This document shows, one piece after another, positions 1-11,229 of a stretch of DNA of 42,692 nucleotides. A program made the position numbers and the translations under genes. Under the pieces are notes generated by a model that was not told where the DNA came from, ran no database searches, and saw only the letters and a program-made list of their open reading frames with translations. The stretch lies in NCBI GenBank assembly GCA_009103225.1, contig RHPI01000330.1, positions 81,347 to 124,038 of the forward strand, written 5' to 3'. How positions within the stretch are numbered: position 1 is the stretch's first letter; every line of letters begins with the position of its first letter. Source of the stretch: Chlorokybus atmophyticus. Taxonomy: Eukaryota; Plantae; Mesostigma and Chlorokybus algae.

Positions 1-1330
1 GCCCCCCCCCCCCCCCCCCCTCGCGCGCACGCGCTCTTCCTCCTTGCAGAAACGCGCACACTCGCACACTTTATGCGCATGCTTGTATGACACAAGCATG
101 CACGCACGCACATGCGCACGCACACGCGCAGGTGCGCGGACTCCCCCCAAGCTGGCAATCAGCAACCTGCTGCTGAAGGAAGCATACGAGGTTGTAGTGC
201 GCGGCTTTGCGTTCGCAATCACCTCCTCGCTCCCAGCTGTGCCCTCCACCATCTTCAAGGTGCAATGCGTGTGCGTGCGTGCGTGTAATGAGACATTGAG
301 TTGTGTAAATGTTTGCAAGCACGTGCACATGCGTAGGTCAAGTTGCGCATGCTTGGCGTGTGCGGGCACACAATCGTTGACCATACATGCATACACCATA
401 ATGCACTCCTCGGCAGCCTCTGGCTTGTAGACGTGGCGGGAGTGCGCGGATTGCGCTCCAAGGCCAAAAGAGGTGTGTGTGCGCGTGTGTGTGTTGGCGG
501 GGGGAGGGGGCAGTTTGGGGATGTCCGCAGTCGTTGTTGTGCCATTGTGTTCAGTGACAGTGATAATTGCATGACTGTCGTCCTCATGTGCGCTCACACA
601 TGCACGCGCAGATGCTTGTGACTCTGCGTGTCTGTCAATTAGTAGGCTGCCAACTCGCCTGTTGCACAAGAATGCGTGTGCGTGTGTTGTTTTTCAAATG
701 TAAATATGTGTGGGATGTGGTAGCGTATCCGTGGATTAGTGAAATTGTAGTGGTAGCTGTACAACATAAAAATGCTTTACATACCTCCGTTGTATACCTC
801 CGTACTACAAGGTATGCTGCTGCTATGTCCATGCATGGCGCGGATTGCTTGCAGGCAGGCGATTAGTTGGCCTTGTGACTGTCACATGTGTCTCCAGGCG
901 TGCATTACCAAACGGCTGGTAGACCTGCATTTGTGGTTTCATGATGAATGTTACCAGGCCACCATCATGGCCTGCGGTTATGGTCAGTGGTGGTTATCAA
1001 CAGCGGCGACGGCGGCGTGGCATGGGTGGCAGCCATGGTTGTGGCCTGTTGCTGCGCGCCCGCTAAGCCGTTGACCTGGTCAGACTTGGTCGCCACCAGG
1101 CCAGCATGACCAGCGGCGTGGCCTGGTGCTCTTGGTATGGAGCACCAGGCCGCCCGCCAGGCCACCAGCAGCAGCGGCCTAACTGCAGTCAGTTGCGGCA
1201 ATCAAGCGGGCCTAATTGCCGCAGCTGACCGCAGTTAGCTGCCAAAGCACAGTTGTTTCAATTGCTACCGGTTGAATTCTTACAAGTCCGGCTGCAGCCG
1301 GCCAATGTGTAAACTATCTCAAAGACGCGC

Positions 1331-1643
1331 ACCAGCCATGGTTCGTAGGTGCGGACCATGGCTGGTGTGCGGCTCTTGTCACAGGCAACTAGGCTTGAAA
1401 AAAAAAAATCGGACCAAGAATGGTCCCTGCAAAGTACCATTCCCGGTCCGATTTACACCGGCTTTCAACCGGCACCAACCCTGGCCCGGTTTTGGGGGAC
1501 CGTGGGACAATTACGTACTGTTTGGACCAGCCCTGGTCCCCGCGTGCAGACCAAGGCGGGCGACCCTGGTCCGGACCCCAAGCCGCCCGGGCGTTTTGGC
1601 CCTGGTCCGTACCGCGGACCAGCCCTGGTCCACGGGAAAAATC
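1331..1643. repeat. Cluster 1 of the ACCA-N4-TGGT palindrome; 1481-1643 is a near-identical direct repeat of 18881-19046
   Basis: Perfect motifs start at 1331, 1355, 1413, 1526 and 1618, plus near-matches. The ~160-bp block ctggcccggtttt...ggaccagccctggtccacgggaaaaatc recurs at 18881. Confidence 0.9.
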
Positions 1644-1931
1644 TATGACTATGACTATGACAGCACAGAGTTGAGAGTCACTGCAGCCGACATCCCCTTG
1701 CCGGTGTGGCCAGAAAAGGGCGATGTCCTGCAGATGCGGCACAACAGCAAGTCCATTTTCGATTTTAGACTTCCGCATGAGCCCCCAGATGAAGATCCTG
1801 CTGACGCACCCCCTTGGGGTGTTGTGGTCAAAGAGGTGCGGTCCGACGGTCATATGGTAGTCGACTACCTGAAAAAGGCAGGGGGGAGGAGGCTAGGCGT
1901 TTGGGTGGTTAACACATCTGCGAGCGACTAG
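1644..1931 (+). pseudogene. Fragment of unknown gene P (paralog of 30780-31080)
   Basis: YDYDSTELRVTAADIPLPVWPEKGDVLQMRH..SIFDFRLP..PPWGVVV..DGHMVVDYLK aligns to AYDFSNPKLRLRAANIPLPVWPETGDVLLVRH..SVFDFRVP..PPWIVIV..EGNMLVDYLK. Homology starts right after the repeat end at 1643. Confidence 0.75.
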
Positions 1932-2390
1932 GTGGAGGACCCTTTCTCAGCCAAAACAAAGCTCGACTGGCCAAGGCAAGGGAGCAGCAGAAGCAGCTTT
2001 GCGTGGACTGAGAGGGGTAGAAGTGATGGACGCGAATGAAATGCAACCAACATCGCATGTATTGAAAGCCAGGACAGCAGGCAGCAAGTGAGTGTGTTTG
2101 CACTTGCATTCACGTGTTTGTGAAGTGTGTGTGTCTGCATCATAGACCAGTTCGGATAACTGCGCCTTGCAGACAACTATGTGCACTGTGCGCGTGTGCA
2201 TGCGACTGCATGTATGATGGCCGAGCAAGCAGGGCAAGCAATGAACATGTAATGGCAATATATTACTGTATACACTTATGCACATCTGTTCTGCAGGCTA
2301 TGTACACTGAATGGATGCCTATAAGCCCAGCCTGCAGCTGGACTATGAGCCCAGCCTACAACCGGAAGTAGGTACCTGGGTGCTACTGAC

Positions 2391-4870
2391 TCAGTCTATA
2401 GGCCATACTAGGGTTGGTGGTGGTGGTGAGTGTCTGCTCAAATAGTAGCCGATCAGGTTTTTATAAATGGCTTTGGTGTAGTGTGGGCTCAGGTGCATAA
2501 CTTGCCGTTGTGCCGCAGTGAGGTGTGTATATGATCTGTTCGCCATGTTCTGATCAAGCAGAAGCAAAAAGTGAGTGAGGCCCGGCTGCAGAGCACCAAA
2601 CGCCTCCAAAGTGTTGGCATACAAAGGGAGCCCATTTTCCGCTAGCTGTTGGTTGCTGTCACGGAGGTCATGGTGCGCTGTGTTTCGGATCAAAACACAC
2701 AGTGCAGCAGGATCACACTGTCCCAAGTGTCTCGTGTCGCTTGATTGTTCCTCTGCGCCCAGGCATTGCGAGCTTGTATGCAGACCGCAAGCTCTGGAGC
2801 CATCAGCTGTTGCCAACCTTGCAAGTACTGTTGTATGCGCTGGGTAGTCTGTGCTCCTCCTTCGCTCAACGAACGTGCCCGCGCGCCGGGACTTTCAGCC
2901 AGGAAGTCCTCCACCACAACCCGCATCCAATTATTAACCAGCACGCGTTCCATGCGAATTTTCTGTTTTTCAACGAGCTCCAAGTCATCTTCTAAGTTCG
3001 TGACCCGCCTGTTAAGTTGATTGTTCTCTCTTTGCTGTTCTCCCTTTGCTGTTCTCCCTTTGCTGTTCAATGATTTTCTCTTGCAGTTCAGCTTCTGGCG
3101 GTAGTGCGGACGTGGAAGGAATGTCAGCAGCTCCACCACCTGGCAGTACAGTCTGCAGCATCTGAAGCGTTTCTTCGAGCCTCTACTGGGTATCTTCTAG
3201 CAGCTTCTCTGTATGACTGACACGCTGCATGGCTTGAGCAACGTTTTCTTTCGATTCTGCAAGGTCCGCCTGCGCCTTCAGGGTTTTCGGGTCGTCCATG
3301 GTGGCTGGTCGCTTGCCGTCTTTGATAAGCTTCTTATTGAACTTCTGGAGTTTGGCATTTTCCTGACGCAGGCGTTTCACCTCTGCATTCAGGGCGTCTG
3401 CTTGCCTGCTTGCATCTGCTTGCAGCTTGCCCCCAGTTCCTTGCGTTTGAGAGGCCAGCCGTTGGAGTTGTTTGTTGAGAGACTCCACTCTTGCTTCGAG
3501 GCGGTTTCTCTCAGCAGTCAAAGATTCAACCTCTGTTTGCAGCTTGCGCCCAGCCTCTTGCGCCTGTTGTGAGGCCTTCCCGAGTTTTTCATTGGGAGAC
3601 TGCACTGCTGCACGGAGCTTCCTCCTGGCCTCCTCGCCTGTGCGCAGGCGCTCGCGCAGGCTCTCATTGTCCTGCCGTAGGCTGCTCGCCTGCAGCTTCT
3701 TCTTGGCCTCCTCGGCTTGGCGCAGGCGCTCACTCAGTTCTGCATTTTCCTTTTGTAGGCGGTCCGCCTCCTTACGCGCCTGCTGAGTGGACGCCTCCTG
3801 CTGCTTCTTTTTGACCTCCTCGGCTTGGCGCAGGCGCTCACTCAGTTCTGCATTTTCTTTTTGTAGGCGGTCCGCCTCCTCACGTGCCTGCCGCTGAAGG
3901 GAGGCCATTTGCTGAAGCTGGATTTGGAGTTGCGAGGCCTCCTCGGCTTTGCGCAGGCGCTCCTGCAGGCTCTGGATCTCCTCCAAGCGTGCTGCTGATC
4001 CTTTGAAGCTGCTCCTCGCCTGCCGTAGGCTCACATTCTCTGTTTCTAAGCGTTGCCTCTCCGCATTGGTCCACCTCAACTGGTGCTAAAGCGTGTCTTC
4101 TTGCTGCTTCCGAATGGAGTCTTGGTGTGACTGCTGACGCTGAAGTCTTGCATGAAGGGCGTCAACCTCTGCTTGGAGCTTTTGTGCTTGCGCGGAGGGC
4201 TGCTGCTGAAGCTGGTAAAGAAGGTTCTGCTGCTTTTTCCTGGCCTCCTCGGCTGTCGCCAACTGCTGTCGTAGGCGGTCCCTGTCAGCAGTGGTGGCAA
4301 CCAACACTTGCGCTGCATCCTCACGATGCAAGGCCAGCACCAACTCTTCATCCAACTCGCTGATCCTGTTAAAGGCGGCCTTGACGTAATCTTCAATGCG
4401 CTTGCAGCGGGTGAGGTGCTCTTTCAAGGCAGGGCGTTCACCGCACAGACGTTCAACTTCTTCCCTCGCCAGCTCTGAACGCCGAGCATTGATTTCTCCC
4501 AGCTCTTGCAACGTTTGTTGTAGCTGTTGTACGCGCTGGCTGTCTTCCGCTCTGGCCTGATCCTGCTGTTGCAGCCTTTGTCGCTCAGCATTGGCTGCAT
4601 CGAAAGCGGCCTGCAGCTGTGGTATGCGCCCCACGGCCTCTTCTCTTTCCTTCTCCTGCTTTGCAAGAGCCACCTCCAGCTCTTGTATGCGCCCCCCGGC
4701 CTCCTCTCTGGCCTTCTACTCCTGTTGCAGCAACTCTGCATGTTGTTGGCTAGCCTTGGCTGCTGCTTCAGCAGCGGTTGATGACTCCGCTGCATGGATG
4801 CGCTTGACATCAGCGCTGGCGGATGCAACGGCCTTAGTGCTTGTAGACGCCTCTTCTAGGTGTTGCTGCA
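2391..4870 (-). pseudogene. Long coiled-coil protein gene (unit A) with in-frame stops
   Basis: ORFs 4086-4673 and 3183-4079 are in the same frame, separated by a TAA. Heptad-like E/Q/R/K/L/A composition with a duplicated motif ARxEADRLQKENAELSERLRQAEE. Further ORF pieces run to 2391. Confidence 0.65.
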
Positions 4871-4964
4871 TCGAAACACCAAGTTAGAGCACGAACACGA
4901 AACAGCGGGGTCATAGACCGAAATGGACAGTGCGGCCTGTGACGCACAAGTAGCCATATACTGA

Positions 4965-5900
4965 CTAATGCTGACTTTGGTTCAGGGTTACCTGAAGTTG
5001 GGGCACTTGCTGTTGGAGGTTTTGGACAAAGCCTTCGACCAACTTGGCTATGTTGCTGGCATTGGCGACTCCTGAACGTGCAGCAGCGATACCGTCTTCC
5101 TTCTTCTTACGAGCGTCGTCGTCACCGTCACCGTTGCTGTCATCATCGCTGCTTTCATGATCGCTGGGTTCATCACCACTGCCGTCTCCATAATGATCAC
5201 CTCCAGCAGGTTCATGATGATCACCTCCAGCAGGTTCATCACGACCTCCAGCAGGTTCATCAACACCAGCAGGTTCATCACCTCCAGCAGGTTTATTACC
5301 GCTGACATGCTGACCCTCAGCAGCACCTTCTGGAGTCCCTCCAGCAGTTTGATGGCCACGGTCTATGGCATTCTTCTCTGCGCTTCCTGGTGGTGGCCTG
5401 TCCGAAAACACTAGAGGAACTGAAGGTCGCCCCAAAACCCCTCCCAATGCTGCAAGTGCCGCAGCAGCAGCGGCAGCAGCAGAGGCAAGAGCAGCATCAA
5501 CAGCAGCTTGAGCAGGATTGCTAGAGGTAGCCGTAGCACCATAAGCAGCACTAGAAGGAGTCGGACCAGGAGCTGCAGCAGGAATGAATGGCCAAGGATG
5601 GTTGCACTCCCACTTGTTGATGAGGTATGCGCGCAAGGACTTGTAATTCTCAGCCCATCCTAGATTCTAAAAATGGATGGTCTTCATCTGCTCTTCCAGC
5701 CAAACTTCTCGCTTCTGTTTCCTCCGATTAGCAATGGCGTTGATGCGTAGCCGGCGTGTCTCCCACTCCGCCTTGTTGCGTTGCTGCAATTGCTTTTGCT
5801 CAGCCTGCCACTGTGCAGTTGTATCTTGGGCGTTTTGAACATTGGTGCGCACGGCAGCTATTTGCTCCTCAGTCAACCAATGTCACCTGCTTTCATTCAG
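4965..5900 (-). pseudogene. Unknown helical/low-complexity protein gene R (unit A)
   Basis: KAEWETRRLR..KREVWLEEQMK and DGIAAARSGV resemble unit B KDWERKIR..RKEWLDELKR and EALAAARDTI. An EPAGG repeat tract lies between them. Confidence 0.45.
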
Positions 5901-6245
5901 ACCATTGCGCACCATGGACAAAATGGTCTTCTCGATTCTTGACTGATAATCCTGCACCTTCAGCCTGTGCTAATTTGCAGCCCGTGTCACCATGGCGCCC
6001 TGAGCGGCAATCTCTTGAAGGCCTTTGCGAATTGTAGTCTCTGCCTTACGGAACACTTCCTTGGTAAGTTTCTGCGAATCATAACCACCAGTTAGAATAA
6101 GAATTACACACAACTCATTTACGTTTAATAACACAAACATACCCTCTGTTCTTTGTCTCGTTCTATTTTGGAGTCTATCTGTCTTAACAGCAGGAATAGT
6201 CTATCTAGCACGCGTGTAAGCTCAGCGCACTTGCTTTCAGCTGAG

Positions 6246-8740
6246 TCAAATATCCCTTTTTACAAAGGCGTACAGACGCCTCTCTAACAGTGTGATTGAC
6301 TGTGTCATTCTGGTGACACAAGTGCAGTCTATGAATGCACAATGACATGTACGACCATATACTGACGAAGCGTTCTCAACACTTACATTCTGTCTTTGAT
6401 TTCGGGCGACTTGTGGTCGTTTCAGCACCCTCCATGTGTAGGCGCCTAAAGATTCACCAGCTTGACGCGGTGCAGTGCAAGCGGCGAGGTACGCGCCGTC
6501 TTCGAGCGCGACGCCATGGCGAGCTGCCATCTCTGTTGCCTCCTTGATAAACTTTTCTCTAGCCGCCTCGAAAAAGTACTCCATGACCTGAGGTAAGATG
6601 GTGATCAGCATATTGTTTGCAATGCTGAATGATAAGGTCATAGACCGCACAGCTCTCACAGATGCAGTCCATAACAGCAAGCGACAGTGTCTGGCAGAGC
6701 AAGTGATGTCTATAGGCATGAGCCACAGGCTGCATATACTCACATTGTTTGTAGGTTGCTCGTTTGGAGGTGGCGGGAAGGGATCGTATTCCATGAGCAG
6801 CTCTTCCCCGGCGGCAATGTCACTCTGACTCCTAACCTTAGCTGCGGTGTAGGCAGGCCTGCACCGCAGCCTCATCAACGGAGTCCATGATGTGGCAGTT
6901 GGGTTTGTACTGCGTATCGCGGCTGGAGTTGAGGAAGCCAGCTATGTTCCCATATCGAGGGTGGCCATCGATGACAGGGCTCTGGCGGCGTGGCACGTCC
7001 CTGATGACCTGCAGGTGGTATCGCTGGTGGTGCAGGTGCTCCTTCTGAGGGAATGTCTTCTGCATCTCCCGGTAGGAGTACCACTTGCCGTCAAAGACCA
7101 TGATGCGATCACCCTTCTTAATAGGCTGGCAGGTGAACAAGCCGAGCCCTGCGCCAGGGATATTAGAAGGCTTGATGACGAACTCTTTGCCAGCAAAATG
7201 GAAGAGTTCGCCTATGGGACTTGGACCATTCGTCCACAGCTGCCATTGGTCACCGGTCGCTCTATGTATGCGCTTGCGGTTGGGAAGCTCTTTGTCACTC
7301 TGCAAACAACAAGTGACGGTAAGTTGCTGTGGATTGTCATAGGCTGCAACTGAGCAGTGCATGCAGCATGGCGCCCATGGCATGTGATCAGCATGCATGA
7401 TACCATGCGAACAAAGACGCACCCGCAGATGTTCTTCTGATGGCGGTGGCAACTCCACAGCGTCCATCCCCGTCTTGGTGAATCGATTGACCTCGGCTGC
7501 AGCATTGGTCACAGCCAGTTCACGGGCCTGCGCTGATCGGTGTTGCCTTGGCGTAGTAGCCTGTGGGGCATCGCCTACAGGTTGGTTCACCCTGCCACCC
7601 TGTGTGTAAGACAATGGTAAGGATATCATATACATTTATTGACTCACAGACTGTCTCGGCCTATGACATAAGACAACGCGCACATGTCCTGATCAGAGCA
7701 GTCTATGAGTATTCGCATGGATACTCACAGGTGTTTGGGGAGTTTTGGGAGAGCCGGCTGCCGATGACGTTCCTATTTTCATGCCTCGCCAGCTGGCATG
7801 CCTCGGTTTCTTTGCAGGTGGCACCACCTCTTCCTCCTCAGACTGCTCCAATTCCAACACCTCCTCCGCAGCCTTCTGCGCTGACTCCTTCGACCCCTCC
7901 TGCATCACATCCTCTGGCTCCCTCCGCAGCAAAGTCGAACTCGGTTTCCTCCGCTGTTGACGCTTCTGCCGCTGAACCTGCAGCGGCAACACCTGAACCT
8001 TGCTGCCGCTGCCGCTTTGTCCGCTTTGGTGTGGTTTGCTCCTTCGGGTAGAGGGGGATGTTGTTGTAATCGTGCTCAGCGTCATCCCAGAATTTCTTGT
8101 TCTGTGTAACAAGCGACAAGGTTAGCAACCAAGGCGTTGTAATGGCATTTTTTTCGCTAACAGTTGCATGCTGCATGTGCTTACAAATGCAAAGGCTCCA
8201 GTGTGATGCTTTCGCAGATACTTCTCGGTAACTCTCCGCACGTTGTCGACGGAAACTCTGCTCTGTTTTGGATGTTTCGGGGCCTGCACGCCAACATATG
8301 CTTCACGTAAGTCAATTTTGTTGCATAGTCTTTTGCCCAGATATCAGTTCACTAGCATGCATACAACGTCTATGAGTCTACAAGTCTATAAGAACAAACG
8401 CACTTTCACAACATCACACGCACCCGTACTGCTTTGGACAGAGAATCCCCCATCCGTCCCTTCAGCTCGTCTGCTGTCTCCCTGCCGCCCTGGTTGGTTC
8501 GTCTGCGCATGTACTTGCAATATCTGATGTGCAGGTGCTGCGCGATCTTTGCAGTCTTGGTGTGTGTAGTTTTTGGAAGCCCGTTCGACTTTAATGGCCC
8601 GCCTTCACGTTTGTTCTGGAGTAGGGACAGTGCCAATAGAAAGTCCGCTAGTGTGAAGGCTGCCTCCGAGTCTCCTCTGAAGTCGACGATGCCGCCGACA
8701 CGGTTAGGATGTCATCATCCATGGTGTTTCTCAGCTTGCT
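6246..8740 (-). pseudogene. SET-domain (lysine methyltransferase-like) gene, unit A; SET core about 6783-7182, frameshift near 6860
   Basis: FVIKPSNIPGAGLGLFTCQPIKKGD...DG...GNIAGFLNSS...PNC, then in another frame DIAAGEELLMEYD. Flanking segments (KIAQH..NQGGRE; PRQAGES.AY) match unit B. Confidence 0.8.
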
Positions 8741-9780
8741 GATCTCTGCAACAACTTGCACTGGATAACACCCTTGTGCAACACAAGCCAGCACTCCGCT
8801 ACCACACCTCCGCCAGCACCGCCAGAACTACCTTAGGCACACCAAACATCAGGCTGCCGGCGGCGTGACAGGCGACCGCATAGGCCGCTCCGACGAACCC
8901 TAGGTCACAGGTACTGGAAGTTGATTCATTTGGAAGTGTTTGTTGTCATATTCCGTCATTTGGAAGTTTTGTTCGCTCGCGCGTGCGTTGTGCGTTGTGC
9001 GCAGTATAGACTTCGGCACTGGTTATCGCAGCTGCAATAAGTCGCGTGCTGTAGACTCTCGTGCTATAGACTGCTATGTGAGCCTATTGTCACCTGGAAG
9101 CTTAGGCGCTTTGTGCATAGTGTAACAATGGTGACCGCAGTGCCTTCTGCCAGCCAAGTGTTCAACTGTGGCAACAACGGCCAGAAAACTGGGGACAGGT
9201 TCATGAGGGACAACTTTTCCTCTGTGCACCCCACCCATGTGCGAAACATGGACAAGTTCACCAACAAGCTCAAACAGTGGGAGCAAATCCCTGGTCCAGG
9301 TTGGAAGGAGGTGAATTTCGACAAGTGGAGCAAGGATCATGCAGCGCAGGCCAGCATTGCCAAGCTGGAGAGGTTCTGTGAGGAGTTAGAGCCGGAGTGT
9401 TGAGATGGACGATGAGAAGCCTATACATACACATGTGTGCACGCCAACAGCAACACCAACATGAGGAAACCATGCACTACAGGACCTTAGCACATGCACA
9501 TGCTACATCGTGACTAGCGACTCTACACCAACAAGAGTGTTTCAGAGTGTACAAGTCCGGGCTTTTATACCCGCCAGCTACACATGCTTCTACTCTGGAA
9601 GCTACTGCGTCTAGCACACTCAACCTTAACCTGCGCTCTAAGTTGCTCCACGTAGCTAACTACAAGAGCTTTCTAACATGCCGCCATACGTGCCATATGG
9701 CCAAGTAACCACCGAGCTATCATCATTCTTCTAACCACGCCTGAGTCTTCCAGATTCATGTCCGCGCCGCGCCTGGAACC

Positions 9781-10211
9781 TGTTGAGAGTCATTCCTACA
9801 TACGATCAGCATCGACCCTCCACACAGGAGTAGAAGGTCGTAAGGATGAGCACTAGGTCCGGACTTAGCAAGATAGCGTCGTCGGACCAGACTCCGGACT
9901 CCAGACTGGAGCCTTACTAACTGCTTCGTATCTCCGCGTATACTTACTCATATTAGGCGTGTAAGAGCTTGTTGGAAAGCTCTGGTTGTAAGAAAGACAA
10001 CACCGCTTAGAGCGCGTCAAAAGGCTGAGTATAGCTTACGCAGTGCTTGCAAACGTAGACGTGTGTGTAACTGGCTGGTATAAGAACCAGCGGACAACTT
10101 GTAATAGATGAATGTGATGTGACTTGCGTATGCTCTGGTGGCGGTAGCTCTGTCTTTGTGTGTCTTTGTGTATGCTTGCCTCAGCTACATGTGCATGCTA
10201 GTTCTTCAATA
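9781..10211 (+). repeat. 5' LTR of copia-1 (431 bp, ends CAATA instead of CAACA)
   Basis: TG start, direct repeat of 15161-15585, followed immediately by the PBS. Confidence 0.95.
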
Positions 10212-10224
10212 GGTTATGGGCCCA
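10212..10224 (+). promoter_or_regulatory. Primer-binding site GGTTATGGGCCCA (half-tRNAiMet type); second copy at 11102-11114
   Basis: Directly abuts the LTR end. Same sequence as the internal-tRNAiMet PBS known from Drosophila copia. Confidence 0.85.
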
Positions 10225-10339
10225 CACTACGCTTGAGGAGTGTGAGACTAGCTTGTGTGCATGGTAGTTCTACACTACGGTAGCTTGTTGGTAGCAAAGC
10301 CTTGGGTGTCAACTGCGAGTGAAGGCAGGCACGACAAAG

Positions 10340-10956
10340 ATGGAGGCGACCTACGACAAGGGGCAGATTGCAAAGCTGGACACCGACAACTACAACACAT
10401 AGTGCGTGGAGATGAAGGCCTTGCTCATCCATAAGAAGGTGTGGAAGTTTGTTGATCCGAAGGCACCACCACCACCACCAGGAGCGAACACTGTGTGGTC
10501 AGAGCATTCAGCAGAAGCACACTCTTTGCTTGTGTTGAACTGCAAACCGCATCACTTTCCCATGCTCATTGCATGTGAAGATGGTAGACAAGTTTGGGAA
10601 AAGCTATCAGCCGTTTTCAGAGCCAAGAACAACGCCAGAAAGTTGCAGCTACGCAAGCAACTGAGCGCACTCAGGAAGGAGGCAGCAGAACCCATCACAA
10701 AGTATGTTGCACGCGCGAGAGAGCTGTGGGCGGACCTTATCAACGTCGGCCACGACATGGGGGAGACGGAGGTTGTGCTGGCTGCTGTTGCAGGGCTACC
10801 AGCAGAGTACGAGGTCGTTGCAACACTGCTGGAGACATCGTCATTGGAGCTGACGCTGGACGATGTACTACCGAAGCTGCTCACCGTGGAGCAGAGGGTG
10901 ATGAAGAAGGACGAGCAAGCTGATGCCGTGGCCTTCTACACCAACAAGCACGGGAA
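10340..10956 (+). pseudogene. gag: Truncated, diverged gag copy
   Basis: MEATYDKGQIAKLDTDNYNT*CVEMKALL... has TAG at 10400 where the sister copies have TGG, and breaks into LTR sequence at 10957. Confidence 0.9.
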
Positions 10957-11101
10957 GTGTGTGTAACTGGCTGGTATAAGACCCAGCGGACAACTTGTAA
11001 TAGATGAATGTGATGTGACTTGTGTATGCTCTGGTGGCGGTAGCTCTGTTTCTGTGTGTCTATGCTTGCCTCAACTACATGTGCATGCTAGTCCTTCAAC
11101 A
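10957..11101 (+). repeat. Internal partial LTR (last 145 bp) followed by a second PBS
   Basis: gtgtgtgtaactggctggtataag...gtccttcaaca followed by ggttatgggccca. Confidence 0.92.
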
Positions 11102-11229
11102 GGTTATGGGCCCACACTACGCTTGAGGAGTGTGAGTCTAGTTTGTGTGCATAGTGGTTCTACACTACGGTAGCTTGTTGGTAGCAGAGCCTTGGGTGTC
11201 AACTGCGAGTGAAGGCAGGCACGACAAAG

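Noticed and set aside
1-20. Poly-C run at the window start
   Set aside because: Low-complexity or contig-edge sequence with no interpretable function.
44-1250. Possible spliced gene (candidate exons 132-259 and 417-472; WFHDEC resembling FFHTEC of gene P)
   Set aside because: The splice phases I tried did not give a convincing joined protein, and the similarity to P is only a few residues.
1272-1643. N-terminal part of the 219-aa ORF and similar ORFs at 18382-19213 and 39970-40760
   Set aside because: These are open frames through GC-rich palindrome arrays (repeated W/H/M/P patterns), not credible proteins.
11209-11229. ORF-track starts upstream of the copia ATG (also 28476-28559)
   Set aside because: They use non-ATG codons in the leader. 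The shared start is MEATYDKG.
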